This document shows, in pieces, positions 49,758 to 61,537 of a DNA stretch of 64,000 nt (its first letter is position 1; each line of letters opens with the position of its first letter). Made by a program: the position numbers and the translations under genes. Location of the stretch: positions 30,752,001 through 30,816,000 of the forward strand of contig OX597836.1 of the NCBI GenBank assembly GCA_951406725.2. The letters run 5' to 3'. The notes under the pieces were generated by a model. That model saw only the letters and a list, made by a program, of their open reading frames with translations. It made no database searches and was not told the origin of the DNA. The stretch comes from Octopus vulgaris. Lineage: Eukaryota.

Positions 49758-50126
49758 TTCAGTAGTAGGTGGTTTGGTTAGTGAAGCAGAGGTCGAGTTA
49801 ACGATGTAACACAACGTCAATTATTAATCAGAGTGAAGTTAAGTGAATTACTTGATGTGTGAATTTTTTTTTTAATGTTACAAAATGAATGTGGTGCATC
49901 TATTTTATTATTCAAGGTTAGTCTTAGGATGATTCTCTATCAATGAATCATGCTTGCGATAATAACAACAGTAGCACCACCACCACCACCACCACCACCA
50001 CCACCATCCCACCCTCACCACCATTCCGACTCCAACATTGTAATCATCATCATCGCCGTTGTCGTTGTCAGTTATAACAAACTTGGTAAAGCACCATTTA
50101 ACATTTACTATATATGTCAGTATATG

Positions 50127-50168
<42 letters not shown>

Positions 50169-50370
50169 GTAATACTTTATTCTGAAGCGGATGTATAGTG
50201 AGTTCTAACACCAGGTTATTAGTATCACCATGCCTAAGTGAAATCATAAAATACAAATACACACGTGCGCGCGCACACACACACACACACACACAAACGT
50301 ACGCACATGCACACATGCACACATACACACACACATACAAACATACGAACACACATTCACACAGACATAT
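49265..50370. repeat. Compound microsatellite field: (CA), (TA), (TG), (GGT), (AGT), (CCA)
   Basis: Contiguous simple repeats. They are the source of many spurious ORFs. Confidence 0.9.
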
Positions 50371-50540
50371 ATATAGGTGCAAGAGTGGGTGTATGGTAAG
50401 TAGCTTGCTCACCAACCACATGGTTCCAGGTTCAGTCCCACTGCGTAGCACCTTGGGCAAGTGTCTTCTACTATAGCCTCGGGCCAAACCAAAGCCTTGT
50501 GAGTGGATTTGGTGAATGGAAACTGAAAGAGGCCTGTCAC

Positions 50541-50584
<44 letters not shown>

Positions 50585-50643
50585 TTTATTTTATTTTTAT
50601 TTTATCTAGTTTCAGCTCACGAACTGTGGCCATGCTGGGGCAC

Positions 50644-50690
<47 letters not shown>

Positions 50691-50902
50691 TATGTCTGTG
50701 TGTCTGTGTTTGTCCCCCACCCCATCGTTTGACAACTGATATTGGTGTGTTTACATCCCCATAACCTAGCAGGTCAGCAAAGAGACCAATAGAATAAGTA
50801 CTAGGCTTACAAAGAATAAGTCCTGGGGTTGATTTGTTCGATTAAAGGCAGTGCTCCAGCTTGGTTGCAGTCAAATGACTAAAAGAAATAAAAGATTAAA
50901 AG
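50371..50902 (+). mobile_element. SINE family A with an insertion in its internal (TA)n
   Basis: Head at 50371, extra ~65 bp at ~50581-50647, tail at ~50900. Confidence 0.8.
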
Positions 50903-50991
50903 AATATATGTGTGTGTGTGTACGTGTATATATATATATATATATGTGTGCGTGTATGTATACATATATATATATGTGTGTGTGTATATGT

Positions 50992-51026
<35 letters not shown>

Positions 51027-51493
51027 AAAAAATAAAGAATTTTTGTAATTTTCATCTGTCTTACCTGCCTATGTTCTGGTGTTCGCTGAATTTTCCCTGG
51101 AGAACATTCTTTCTTTGTAGTTAGATTGTATGTGATCTTCTTCTAGCATATGGCTATCCACCTAGTGGATTTTTATCCCTAAATATACACATGTATTGAA
51201 ATTTTTTCTGATTTTTCAGATTTTTTATATGCTAGGCTACTGGTTTTAAATTGATATCAATTAAATTAATATTCAATTTATCTCCCTCATTATTTAAATG
51301 TTATATATATATATATATATACAAATTGAGATAGGGGTTGTAAATGCAACCCTCCATGGGATAACATATATCCAATATACTGCTAGTGAAGTACCCAACA
51401 AAGTTAATACATAAATGTTAAGAATTGCGATGCAATTAATTCATTTACTGTATTATATGGGCAAAGGTAAAATGTTTTACCACAAATTAATAA

Positions 51494-51704
51494 TACAAAA
51501 TAAGAAAATGGAGAAATACATCTAAATCAATTATCAACTACCAGATAATATTGTACCATATTACTCCTTCATGTACACTGTTTTGTTCTATATTAATATG
51601 TTTGACCTTAATGTTCATATGTAGTGGTTTAATAAATTATGTGATTGGGTATTATCTGGTAGTTGATAATTGATTTAGATGTATTTCTCCATTTTCTTAT
51701 TTTG

Positions 51705-51706
<2 letters not shown>
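51494..51706. repeat. 57-bp perfect inverted repeat with 99-bp spacer
   Basis: tacaaaataagaaaatggagaaatacatctaaatcaattatcaactaccagataata (51494-51550) and its reverse complement (51650-51706). Confidence 0.88.
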
Positions 51707-51758
<52 letters not shown>

Positions 51759-51764
51759 TGTATG

Positions 51765-51795
<31 letters not shown>

Positions 51796-51809
51796 AAAAC
51801 ATACTTAAT

Positions 51810-51852
<43 letters not shown>

Positions 51853-52200
51853 ATAATAAAAAGAAAGCTCTTGAAGATGCAGTCTAGGCAGGTTTTATAA
51901 CTCACCTTGTGTCTCCAAGCAACCTGCAGGCTCAAAGTACATGGCTTCTCCAATTTACAAATCAGGATGCTAGAACAATAGAAATCATGAGAAGAAACTG
52001 AAAAGGTGGATGCAAAAAGTGGAAGGGTGAAAGAAAAACAGAAAAATAAAGAAAATATGAGTTACGTCCCCTTAGACCATAACACCATGATAAAGTTAGC
52101 TGTAGAATGAATCAATGGAGAGGGGTCCAAAGTTTGCAATGCACCTGCTCAATCCAGAGAGGGTGGTGTCCTCCAATTCATCAAAAGAAATTTGTCAATA

Positions 52201-52611
52201 TACTCTTTTACTTTTTTAATTGTTTCAGTCATTTGACTGCAGCCATGCTGGAGCACCGCCTTTAATCGAGCCAATCGACCCCAGGACTTATACTTTGTAA
52301 GCCCAGTACTTATTCTATCAGTCTCTTTTGCCGAACCGCTAGGTGACAGGGATGTAAACACACCAGCATCAGTTGTCAAGCAATGCTAGGGGCACAAACA
52401 CAGATACACAAACATACACACACATACACATATATATACATATATACGACAGGCTTCTTTCAGTTTCCATCTACCAAATCCATTCACAAGACATTGGTCA
52501 GCCCGAGGCTATAGCAGAAGACACTTGCCCAAGATGCCACGCAATGGGACCGAACCTGGAACCATGTGGTTGGTTAGCAAGCTACTTACCACACAGCCAC
52601 TCCTGTGCCTA
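52201..52611 (-). mobile_element. SINE family A
   Basis: Full-length reverse copy. Confidence 0.82.
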
Positions 52612-52759
52612 TGTTTGCATTTGCTGAAAATTTCTGATCTGGAATTCAACAGTGCGGTGGAATTAGATCTAAAAAAGATATGTGATCTCTCAGTTATGCA
52701 TAAGTTGCATTTTTAGATCCATTAACATATGGCATGGCTTTCTCTACAATTTCCCACTT

Positions 52760-53002
52760 GATTGTATGTAGTATGGATTTGATCTTCAAACCTCATATAT
52801 GGCTAACCAACTTAGTGGCTTTACTTTTGTCGATGTGCTGGAAAGAAGATATGTGATTTGCATTTGTGAATTGTTTGCCTTTGCATAACCTGATGTAATT
52901 CTTCTCTTTATTTAGGTTATCATGTCCTGTTGATGTGACTTTCGCTTTATATATGATGGAATTTACTATGCACACCTGGAGCTTGCCCACTTGACCAGGC
53001 AT
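52760..53002 (-). mobile_element. Penelope-like element GIY-YIG endonuclease fragment
   Basis: CIVNSIIYKAKVTS...KEKNYIRLCKG..F..ANHISSFQH...ATKLVSHI matches the PLE GIY-YIG pattern (IIY...YIG...R..H...T.L..HIW) in degenerate form. Confidence 0.7.
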
Positions 53003-53754
53003 GTACGATAAACCGTGTCATATAAGGCAGAAGGCACAGCAATGTTACATGATAGCCACTCTTAAATATTTTTTAATGCAAGTTCCATTCTTACAAATTG
53101 CAAACGTTTGGACTAGATCTTGGGTCTGAGAATAATTCAATATCATGATGAGTTGCTTTCCTAGTGAAGCAATTCATGAATCATAACATTTTCACCTCCT
53201 TTCTACCACCACCACCACCATAGCCACCATTGTCACTGCAACCACTACTGCTGCTGTCACCACCTCCACCACTACCTTTGCCTCCACCTCCACGACCACC
53301 TTGGCCACCCACCACCACCACCAGTGACAGAAACCCTGAAAAGGTCATGGCTGCTTTTCCCTTAACACTTTTCCTCCTTCTCTAAGTCATAATTGTTTTC
53401 TTAGACAGCTTTCTCTAATTAAATGTCTAAATGTCTACGATGACTTGTTAATAAGATTATAAGTTTTCAGGCTATTAACCTCATATTTAGATGAGAGGAA
53501 ACAATTTTTTACTTTTGTAGTATTTACCTCCACATTATATCAGTGGCCTAGATTGGTTTGAGTGTCATCTGGATTTTCTTTTTTTTTTTTAGTTACATGA
53601 TCCTACATCAAAATCAGTTTTGTAAAATATTGTGTACACATCCAGGAATTAGACTCTACATGATGTTCAGACATCACACTGATCTAAATATAGGTGCCAT
53701 GCTATAGGACTGAACTCAGATTACAACCGGAGATCAACTTTTGTTGTACATAAT

Positions 53755-53975
53755 GGTGCAGGAGTGGCTGTGTGGTAAATAGCTTGCTTACCAACCACAT
53801 GGTTCCAGGTTCATTCCCACTGCGTGGTACCTTGGGTGAGCGTCTTCTACTATAGCCTCGGGCCGACCAAAGCCTTGTGAGTGGATTTGGTAGATGGAAA
53901 CTGAAAGAAGCCCATCGTATATATGTATATATATACATATATGTATGTGTGTGTGTGTATCAGTGTGTGCGCACG

Positions 53976-54022
<47 letters not shown>

Positions 54023-54241
54023 ATATGTTTGTGTTTCTGTGTTTGTCTCCCCAACATTGCTTGACAACCGATGCTGGTGTGTTTACGTCCCCGTAACTTA
54101 GCGGTTCGGCAAAAGAGACCAATAGAATAAGTACTAGGCTTCCAAAGAATAAGTCCTGGGGTCGATTTGCTCGACTAAAGGTGGTGCTCCAGCATGGCCA
54201 CAGTCAAATGACTGAAACAAGTAAAAGAGTAAAAAGAGAGT
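53755..54241 (+). mobile_element. SINE family A
   Basis: Full-length copy with expanded internal (TG)n. Confidence 0.85.
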
Positions 54242-54419
54242 AATGGAAATTCTTTAGTCCCTGAAGAGAAGGTTAATACCATCAAACCTCAATTTATCTG
54301 ACCCAAATTTCAGGTTATCTGAACAAGGTCTTCAGTTTTGGAGAATACTCTATTAGCCACACTGTGTATTACCTGAACTTGAGAATAATACAGGTGTTCC
54401 TGTTTCATCTATTGTTTCA

Positions 54420-55360
54420 CCCTGCTCCAGCAATGCTGTCTGTACTGGCTTGGTCATGTACATGGGAGGATGTAACCATTGTTGTGGTCGATGCTGCTGG
54501 CACATTAAAAACAACCTTCAAATGTTGGGTCTTATGGAGACAATCCTGACTGAGGCCTTTGGCAATATACCATGCTTGATGGGAGGATCCTAAAAGACCT
54601 CCTGTATGGGGAATTGGCCAGTGGCACAAGAGTGCAAAGATGGCCAGATCTTCGTTTCAAGGACATCTGCAAGAGAGACATGAGGTCGTTTGATTTGGAC
54701 ATCCTGAGATGAGAGGAGGTTGCAAATGATCACCAATGCTGGAGACAAATATTAATAAAAGGGGATGAAGTGAGGAGAAGAAAAACAGGAACTAGAAACG
54801 TGGGTCACATATCGATATCACCTTAACCCTTTAGTATTTAAACCGGCCATATCTGGCCAAAATATTTAATCTGTTTTATGTTCAAACTGACCAGATCCAG
54901 GCTCTCACACCTACCCTACAATGTTATTCTACATTAAGTAATTACACCATCAAGATCTTGAAGATATGGGATAATGCATGATTAATTCAAATCAATGTGA
55001 ATCAATAAGCATTATGTTTGATAGAATAATCTGAACGCTAAAGGGTTAAACAACTGGAACATTTCCATCAGATGTGTCTCAGACGGATCTATGGCATTAA
55101 GTGGAAGGACCGCATCAGTGATCTTGAAATATTGGAAGGCTCTCGGTGTGAAAGTATAGAAGCTCTTGTGTTAAAGCAAAGGCTCAGATGCACTTGGAAG
55201 AAGAAAAAACAAGGAGCACTGGCAGAGAGCTCCTTCAAATGCAGTCGCTGTGTGCATGACTGCCACTCTCATGTGGGCTGCTACAGCCACAACAGATGCT
55301 GCACCACCATCAACAGCTGACCTTATTTCTTTCAGGTGCAGATCCTTGACCCCTCAAGAC
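54420..55360 (+). mobile_element. RTE-clade LINE C-terminal fragments with nested insertions
   Basis: Fragments WLGHV, DGRILKDLLYGELASG..RFKDICKRDM, QLEHFHQMCLRRIYGIKWKDRIS and CSRC..CHSHVGCYSH. Split by a TTAA MITE (54823-55049) and a ~107-bp insert with 10-bp direct repeats atgggaggat. Confidence 0.75.
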
Positions 55361-56692
55361 TGATGGATGCCTACCATTGTTTCATCTTTTGTTTACAATG
55401 TTTAAAAGTAAATTTGAATTATTGGAAGGACATTTAAAAACATAGCATCAAAGAGGGACTATTAACCATGATCTGATGATAGCGGCCTTTGTTTTCAGGT
55501 ATTAAAAGTACCAAGTGTCAGTCAGTCAGTCTTGCTAGTTTGATCTCAGTTGGTCATTTTTAAACAGTCTTAAAATAATTTTAACATAAAAAAATGATTG
55601 ACGTAACTGAAGTATATGAAAAGCATGGAAAAGTTAGTGATGTCTTTATTCTTTGTAAGACTTTGTTCTGAGTGTATTGCTGTTACAAGTAATTGAGTGT
55701 GTTGCTGTTACTATGTCTGTGAAGGAAATTCAAACACCATTGACAATTGAACGGAAAAAGCAAGATTTTAACTGTGTCTGGAGTGTGGTGAAAAAGCACC
55801 AAACACTGTATAAAAGCAGAGCATTTTATTGATTAAAAGATATCAAACTATGTAAATATATGTTTTTCTTTTTTTATGTAATTACGTTTACAATAGCTCT
55901 GTTTATTGGCTCAGCGGTTAGAGTGTCGGGTTCGCAATCACGAGGTAGTGAGTTTGATTCCCAGACCAAGCTCTGTGTTGTGTTCTTGAGCAAGACACTC
56001 ACTCAGCCGTAGAAAGGAGTTGTGACATCACTGATGCCAAGCTGTATCAGCCTTTGCCTTTCCCTTGGATAATATCCATGGCATGGAGAGGGGATGCTCG
56101 TATGCATGGGCAACTACTGGTCTTTCTTAAACAACTTTGCTTGGACTTGTGCCTTCGAGGGTAACCTTCTTGGTTGCAATCCCATGGTCATTCATGACCA
56201 AAGGAGGTCTTTACCCATTACTCTTTTTAGCTCTTTTCATTTGCAGTCAAATATCAGAACAAATATTCCCTGTTTATTTCATTAAGATTGTCATGAACTC
56301 TCCTGTTGGAGATGACAGGTGAGGCTTCTGAAATTCCTTGCTGAACTATCTGCACAGATGATTTGTTTATAGTTATCAAATGTCTGGGCTATACGTGAGC
56401 TTACTCTCTCCATCAAATCGACATTGCCTGTACAGGTTGCAGAGTACGCCACATGTCAGATGTCAAAGTGGTTGCAGAACAACGTGAGATGAAGCATTTT
56501 GCTCAAGAACGCAATGCACTACCCAGTCCAAGAATCAAAACTACAATCTCAGGATTATGAGTGCAATATCCTAACCACTAGGCCATGCCAGTGGTGCAGC
56601 TAATTGGGAAGTAAGGGGAGTGACCACTTCCACCAAGCACATTTTACAAAATCAATATTTTTTCAAAAATGTTTTTAACTCATTAGTTCACT

Positions 56693-56890
56693 TACTCTTT
56701 TACTTGTTTCAGTCATTTGACTGTGGCCATGCTGGAGCACCACTTTTAGTCGAGCAAATCGACCCCAGGACTTATTCTTTGTAAGCCTAGTACTTATTCT
56801 ATCGGTCTCTTTTGCCGAACTGCTAAGTAAACACACCAGCATCGGTTGTCAAGCGATGTTGAGGGGACAAACACAGACACACAAACATAT

Positions 56891-56921
<31 letters not shown>

Positions 56922-57092
56922 CATATATACGATGGGTTTCTTTCAGTTTCCATCTACCAAATCCACTCACAATGCTTTTGTTGGCCCAAGGCTATAGTAG
57001 AAGATACTTGCCCAAGGTGCCACTCAGTGGGACTGAACCTGGAACCATGTGGTTCATAAGCAAGCTACTTACCACATAGCAACTCCTACGCC
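56693..57092 (-). mobile_element. SINE family A
   Basis: Full-length reverse copy. A partial copy also lies at 63438-63621. Confidence 0.82.
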
Positions 57093-57417
57093 TTGTGGAT
57101 GAAAGTTGCATCGCATTTCTTTTAGTTAATCACATGACCACAGAAGAACTTCCTAAAGTCATTATTCTATTTGACAAACCTCCTCTGTTTTTGAATTGCC
57201 TGATCAATCTTTTGTGATGTGATAGTGACTGCTGACATCTGAAGAATGACAACAAATCCTGACATCATAACCTTCTGACACTGAACAATCCCGTGGTGTT
57301 TTATCTTCTTCATGTCACACCTATGTCAGATGTTGTAAATTTCATACATGATAACATTGATACTGAAACATGAAATTAATGAATGTACAATACAATTATG
57401 TATATCATAACTTAAGT

Positions 57418-57677
57418 GGAGGCGCAATGGTCCAGTGGTTAGGGCAGCGGACTCGCAATTGGAGGATCGCGGTTTTGATTCCTAGACTGGCACCTGTACC
57501 GGTGACACGTAAAAAGCACCCACTACACTCACTGAGTGGTTGGCATTAGGAAGGGCATCCAGCTGTAGAAACAGACTGGAGCCTGGTTCAGCCTCCTGGC
57601 TTCACAGACCCCAGTCGAACCGTCCAACCCATGCTAGCATGGAAAACGGACATTGAATGACGATGATGATGATGATG
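57418..57677 (+). mobile_element. SINE with tRNA-like head joined to family-C body
   Basis: ggaggcgcaatggtccagtggttagggcagcggactcg...ggttttgattcc, then the family-C core and (GAT)n. Confidence 0.7.
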
Positions 57678-58218
57678 AATTAATGATCCTGAAATATAAT
57701 TCTTATAGTTTTGGCTCTGTCAGGAAATTCTTTCTTTATTTCTTATTGAGGGTACCATTAAGAGAATACTGTAGGACTACATTATCTAATTGATCTTTTC
57801 ATTATTTCAGACAGCAGATGTGAAGCAGATTTGGTCGACATATCTAGTTAGTTAAACAACCTAGGGGTTGATAAATAAAGTGCCAGTCAAGTACTGGTGC
57901 TGATTCTTCTCTCTTTCTATCTTTTACACTTTCTCTCACAATATTCCTCTCTCACTCTCTTCCCCCCCTCCCTCTCAGAATCTGCTCTGCTGCTCTGTGT
58001 GAGTTTTATGGAGGACTGTTCACTGTGCTCTTTCCCTTTTTGAAATGGGAAAAGTTTGAGTGAGGGGCTTACCCTGTCCTCTCATCAAGCATGTTACAAA
58101 AAGCTGAAAGAAACCAGAAAACATGGTGGGCATGGATTAGGCCTCGAAACCGGTTTTATATTATGATCAGTAAAACCGAAACCGATTTGCCAAAACCGAT
58201 TTTAAGGCTTGCTGTTTC

Positions 58219-58333
58219 GGATCTTTTCAAAAAAACATGTTTTATGTAACACATTCTACCAGTATACGAAGTTTAAAAGTGTTTAGTTACAAATAACTAT
58301 TTTTTAAATGTGCCGGTCAAAGTGAAAAGATCC
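58219..58333. mobile_element. Short GGATCTTTTC-ended MITE nested in the hAT
   Basis: TIR GGATCTTTTC/GAAAAGATCC with 8-bp TSD gc(t/c)gtttc. Same family as 61114-61537. Confidence 0.75.
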
Positions 58334-58834
58334 GCCGTTTCTTTTTTTTTTTCGCAAAACATTTCTCCATTTTTTCTTTTCAAGAAATATCGTTGAAACA
58401 ACTAACTGAACTGTTGTCGGTCGCCTTTAGTTGAGAGTGCTGTCTGTTTCATTGAAACATATTGCAACATATCAATTCTCACCTTCTTTCCCCTTGAACC
58501 TTAGATCAGCACTTTGTCATTTCTTTTGCTAACCCCTAGCTGACTCTTTGAATTTGGTGGTAACAGAGTTTATTCATAGCAAGTCAAGGAGATGCTGTTA
58601 GTCTTCAGTCGGGTGATCTTTCCCGTCGAGCATATGTAATAACCAGTTCCAGATTCACACCAAGGAAGTAACGCAAAATTTTTTGATAAAAAAAGTGAAG
58701 AGATCGCTAATAACAGACGATAGTGATCGCTAATAACAGACGATAATGATCGTCATAACAGAACGATAGTGATGATGAAGCTGACATAAGCCAACAAGAC
58801 ATAGTTTGTCAAACAGATTTGGCTCACGAAAATG

Positions 58835-59640
58835 CTTATTTTCCCCAGCTAAAACCTGAATTTAACAAAGTTTTAAATAAGGTAAGAAAAATTTCAAAAC
58901 TTTTCCGTAAATCTCCTACAAAAAATGAAATTTTGCAAGATTTTGTACGAGCGAACTTTGATAACAGATAATATAAACTTATACTGGATTGCAGAACTCG
59001 GTGGAATAGCACATTCCATATGATTGAGAGATTTTTGAAATTGAAAAGCTGCATTCCAAATGCTCTACGAGCAGAACTTTCCACAGATGCCGTCGCTGAC
59101 GAAGAATGGAAATCTCTCAATTTACTATATGAAATTCTGCATTCAGTAGAAATTATTTTGAAGGCTATTTGCACTGATGATAGGGGTTTACTGAAAGCGG
59201 AATATTTTATAGAATTTTTATTGAATAAACTTAATATCGTCGGCAACCCTTTGGCTCTAAATCTTCGTGAAAGACTCATGCATAGATATAAGAGAAGAAA
59301 TGTCGAAACCTTGACTCTCTTGAGGTATTTACATAACCCAAGGAAATTTAAAGGTGAGTCAATTTCTGGACCTTTTCTATTTTTTAACGAAACAACATTT
59401 AAGGAAGTATGCTGAACAAACATATAGGAGATTATTTCCTGAACATGATGCTGAGAACACAACAGAATTATACAAAGAAAATGAAATAGGAGGGAACCTA
59501 AAAACAAGTGTTACTGTTGTCCCATCTACTTATGAAGGTAATCGACTCATTCGTGAATACACAAGCGCAATGAAGAAAATGAATGAAGAGTCCAAGATGG
59601 TAACTGATGGATTTGAAATCTCTAATGAATTCGGCTACTA
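58835..59640 (+). pseudogene. hAT transposase remnant
   Basis: LNKVRKISKLFRKSPTKNEILQ...KLILDCRTRWNSTFHMIERFLKLK...EEWKSLNLLYEIL carries the TRWNS hAT motif. It has an in-frame stop and a frameshift. Confidence 0.85.
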
Positions 59641-59645
59641 TTTAA

Positions 59646-60041
59646 AAAGAGTGATCCCGGTGCGCGCACTCGCGTATTTGCGCTAGCTAGTCGTGACTGG
59701 TCGATCCTACAACGACTACCTAGCAAAGTAAATAAAACACAAAATAAATAATTTTTAAAATTATTATCTCTTTCTTTCACACATTACTCTGTCTCTTCAA
59801 CACACTAACAGAAGCACTTCACTTACACAACTACTGTCTGTCTCCACACCTCAAAACACACACACATACACACACACTGTACATAATCACAACTAAAAGA
59901 ACTAAATAAAAAGTTCCGGCCATATGTAAAAAATTTTTTTTTAAAACAAAGTAAATAAATCACAAAAAACGCAAAGTAAGGATCGACTAGTCACGACTAG
60001 CTAGCGCGGATGCGCGTGTGCACGCACCGGGACCACTCTTC
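59646..60041. mobile_element. TTAA-flanked MITE with ~60-bp CpG-rich TIRs (Kolobok-like), nested in the hAT
   Basis: TTAA|aaagagtgatcccggtgcg...ctagctagtcgtgactggtcgatcc ... ggatcgactagtcacgactagctag...cgcaccgggaccactcttc|TTAA. Confidence 0.7.
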
Positions 60042-60484
60042 TTAAGTAGAACCCACGAAAACCGGATTTTAACCGGTTTTGAGAATTACTTATACTTGAA
60101 CTCGGTTTTGGGAATCATCGGTTTTTTGCGAGCCCTAGCATGGATGGATTGATTTATTATACACCACAGAGCAGTTAAAACAATTCCTAATGGCACACTA
60201 CTTCAGTCTTTATTGCATCAATTTGAAGTTGTAGCCGAAGCTGATCTTTTTTTGTTCTTAATTCTCTTTTCTCTCAAGTTTGACTTTCTTTCTCTCTGCT
60301 TGTTGTCTATCTTTCTGCTCAAGTCACAGATCTTATTTGACGAAAAAAGCCAAGCAACTGATTGGCAAATGCTCACTCAACAGCGTATTGCAAACCCCTG
60401 GCCCACAAATGTGCTGTCTCCCCTCTCTGCTTGCTCTATCACTGTGACAATAGCCTCTGTTCCTCTGAACTAGCTAGTTGCATA

Positions 60485-60897
60485 CCTATTTCTTTATTAC
60501 CCACAAGGGGCTAAACATAGAAGGGACAAACAAGGACAGACATAGGTATTAAGTCGATTATATCGACCCCAGTGTGTAACTGGTACTTATTTAATCGATC
60601 CCGAAAGGATGAAAGGCAAAGTCGACCTCGGCGGAATTTGAACTCAGAACGTTGAGGCAGACGAAATACCTATTTCATTACTACCCACAAGGGGCTAAAC
60701 ACAGAGGACAAACAAGGACAGACAAGCGGATTAAGTCGATTAAATCGATCCCCAGTGCGTTACTGGTACTTAATTTATTGACCCCGGAAGGATGAAAGGC
60801 AAAGTTAACCTCGGCGGAACTTGAACTCAGAACGTTACGGCAGACGAAATATGGCTACACATTTCGGCCGGAATGCTAACGTTTCTGCGAGCTCGCC
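60485..60897 (-). mobile_element. Dimeric SINE family B (second copy)
   Basis: Two tandem units with the same internal junction (..aaatac|ctatttc..actacccacaagggg) as 26244-26644. Confidence 0.82.
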
Positions 60898-61113
60898 GTA
60901 CCACCTACATTCTAATCTCCACTCTTCTTGTCATCCATAATACGTTGGGCTTGTGGTATAACTGGTTAGCTGGAGTAATGAATGTTTACATTATCAAATG
61001 AGTCTTTTCATTATTCAGCAGCGTGCAGTTCCCCCCAAAATAATTAAAACTATCTAAGATTTTTTTTTGATAAGACCATTTATTTATGTATTACATTAAA
61101 ATATTTACTGTTG

Positions 61114-61537
61114 GGATCTTTTCAGTTTGAACGGCAGTTTTTAACATAATTTCTAAGTAACTAAAAAATTTAAAACTTCGTATACTGGTAGAATGTGTTT
61201 ATAAAACATCTTTTTCTCTTGGCTTTATTAAGAAAATTCTATAGTTTGTAAGATATTTGTTGCTTTTTCTTCTTCAATTTCTGCAATTTCAACCAATCAC
61301 TGATGTCTATTGAGGTAAAAAACATTCTGTGCCGTATGAATAAGCTCCTCGTTTAAGAAACAGATTGGGTTTATTTACATTTGTGAAGAAAAAAAGATAC
61401 CCTCCCCCTCCCCCCCACCCCTAACCCTAACCTTAAAACAGATTGAAATGCAATAGATCGATACTAGGGTCATAATTATGGATGACAATTTCATATGACA
61501 CCGCTACAAAAAACTGCCGTTCAAAACGAAAAGATCC
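61114..61537. mobile_element. MITE with GG..CC termini and 8-bp TSD (Merlin-like)
   Basis: ~27-bp TIRs GGATCTTTTCAGTTTGAACGGCAGTTT. Perfect TSD tactgttg at 61106-61113 and 61538-61545. Confidence 0.82.

Larger units (their letters stand above)
58138..60137 (+). mobile_element. hAT DNA transposon, internally deleted
   Basis: Perfect 8-bp TSD gcatggat at 58130-58137 and 60138-60145. TIRs TAGGCCTCGAAA / TTGCGAGCCCTA, with subterminal AACCG repeats. Confidence 0.9.

Noticed and set aside
49263-51953. Many ORFs rich in YI, CV and HT dipeptides (also ~17600-18250 and elsewhere)
   Set aside because: They are translations of dinucleotide microsatellites.
58836-59507. 223-aa minus-strand ORF
   Set aside because: It is the antisense shadow of the plus-strand hAT transposase remnant.
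61419-61432. Telomeric CCCTAA repeat
   Set aside because: Only about two units, located inside a MITE. It is not a telomere or interstitial array.
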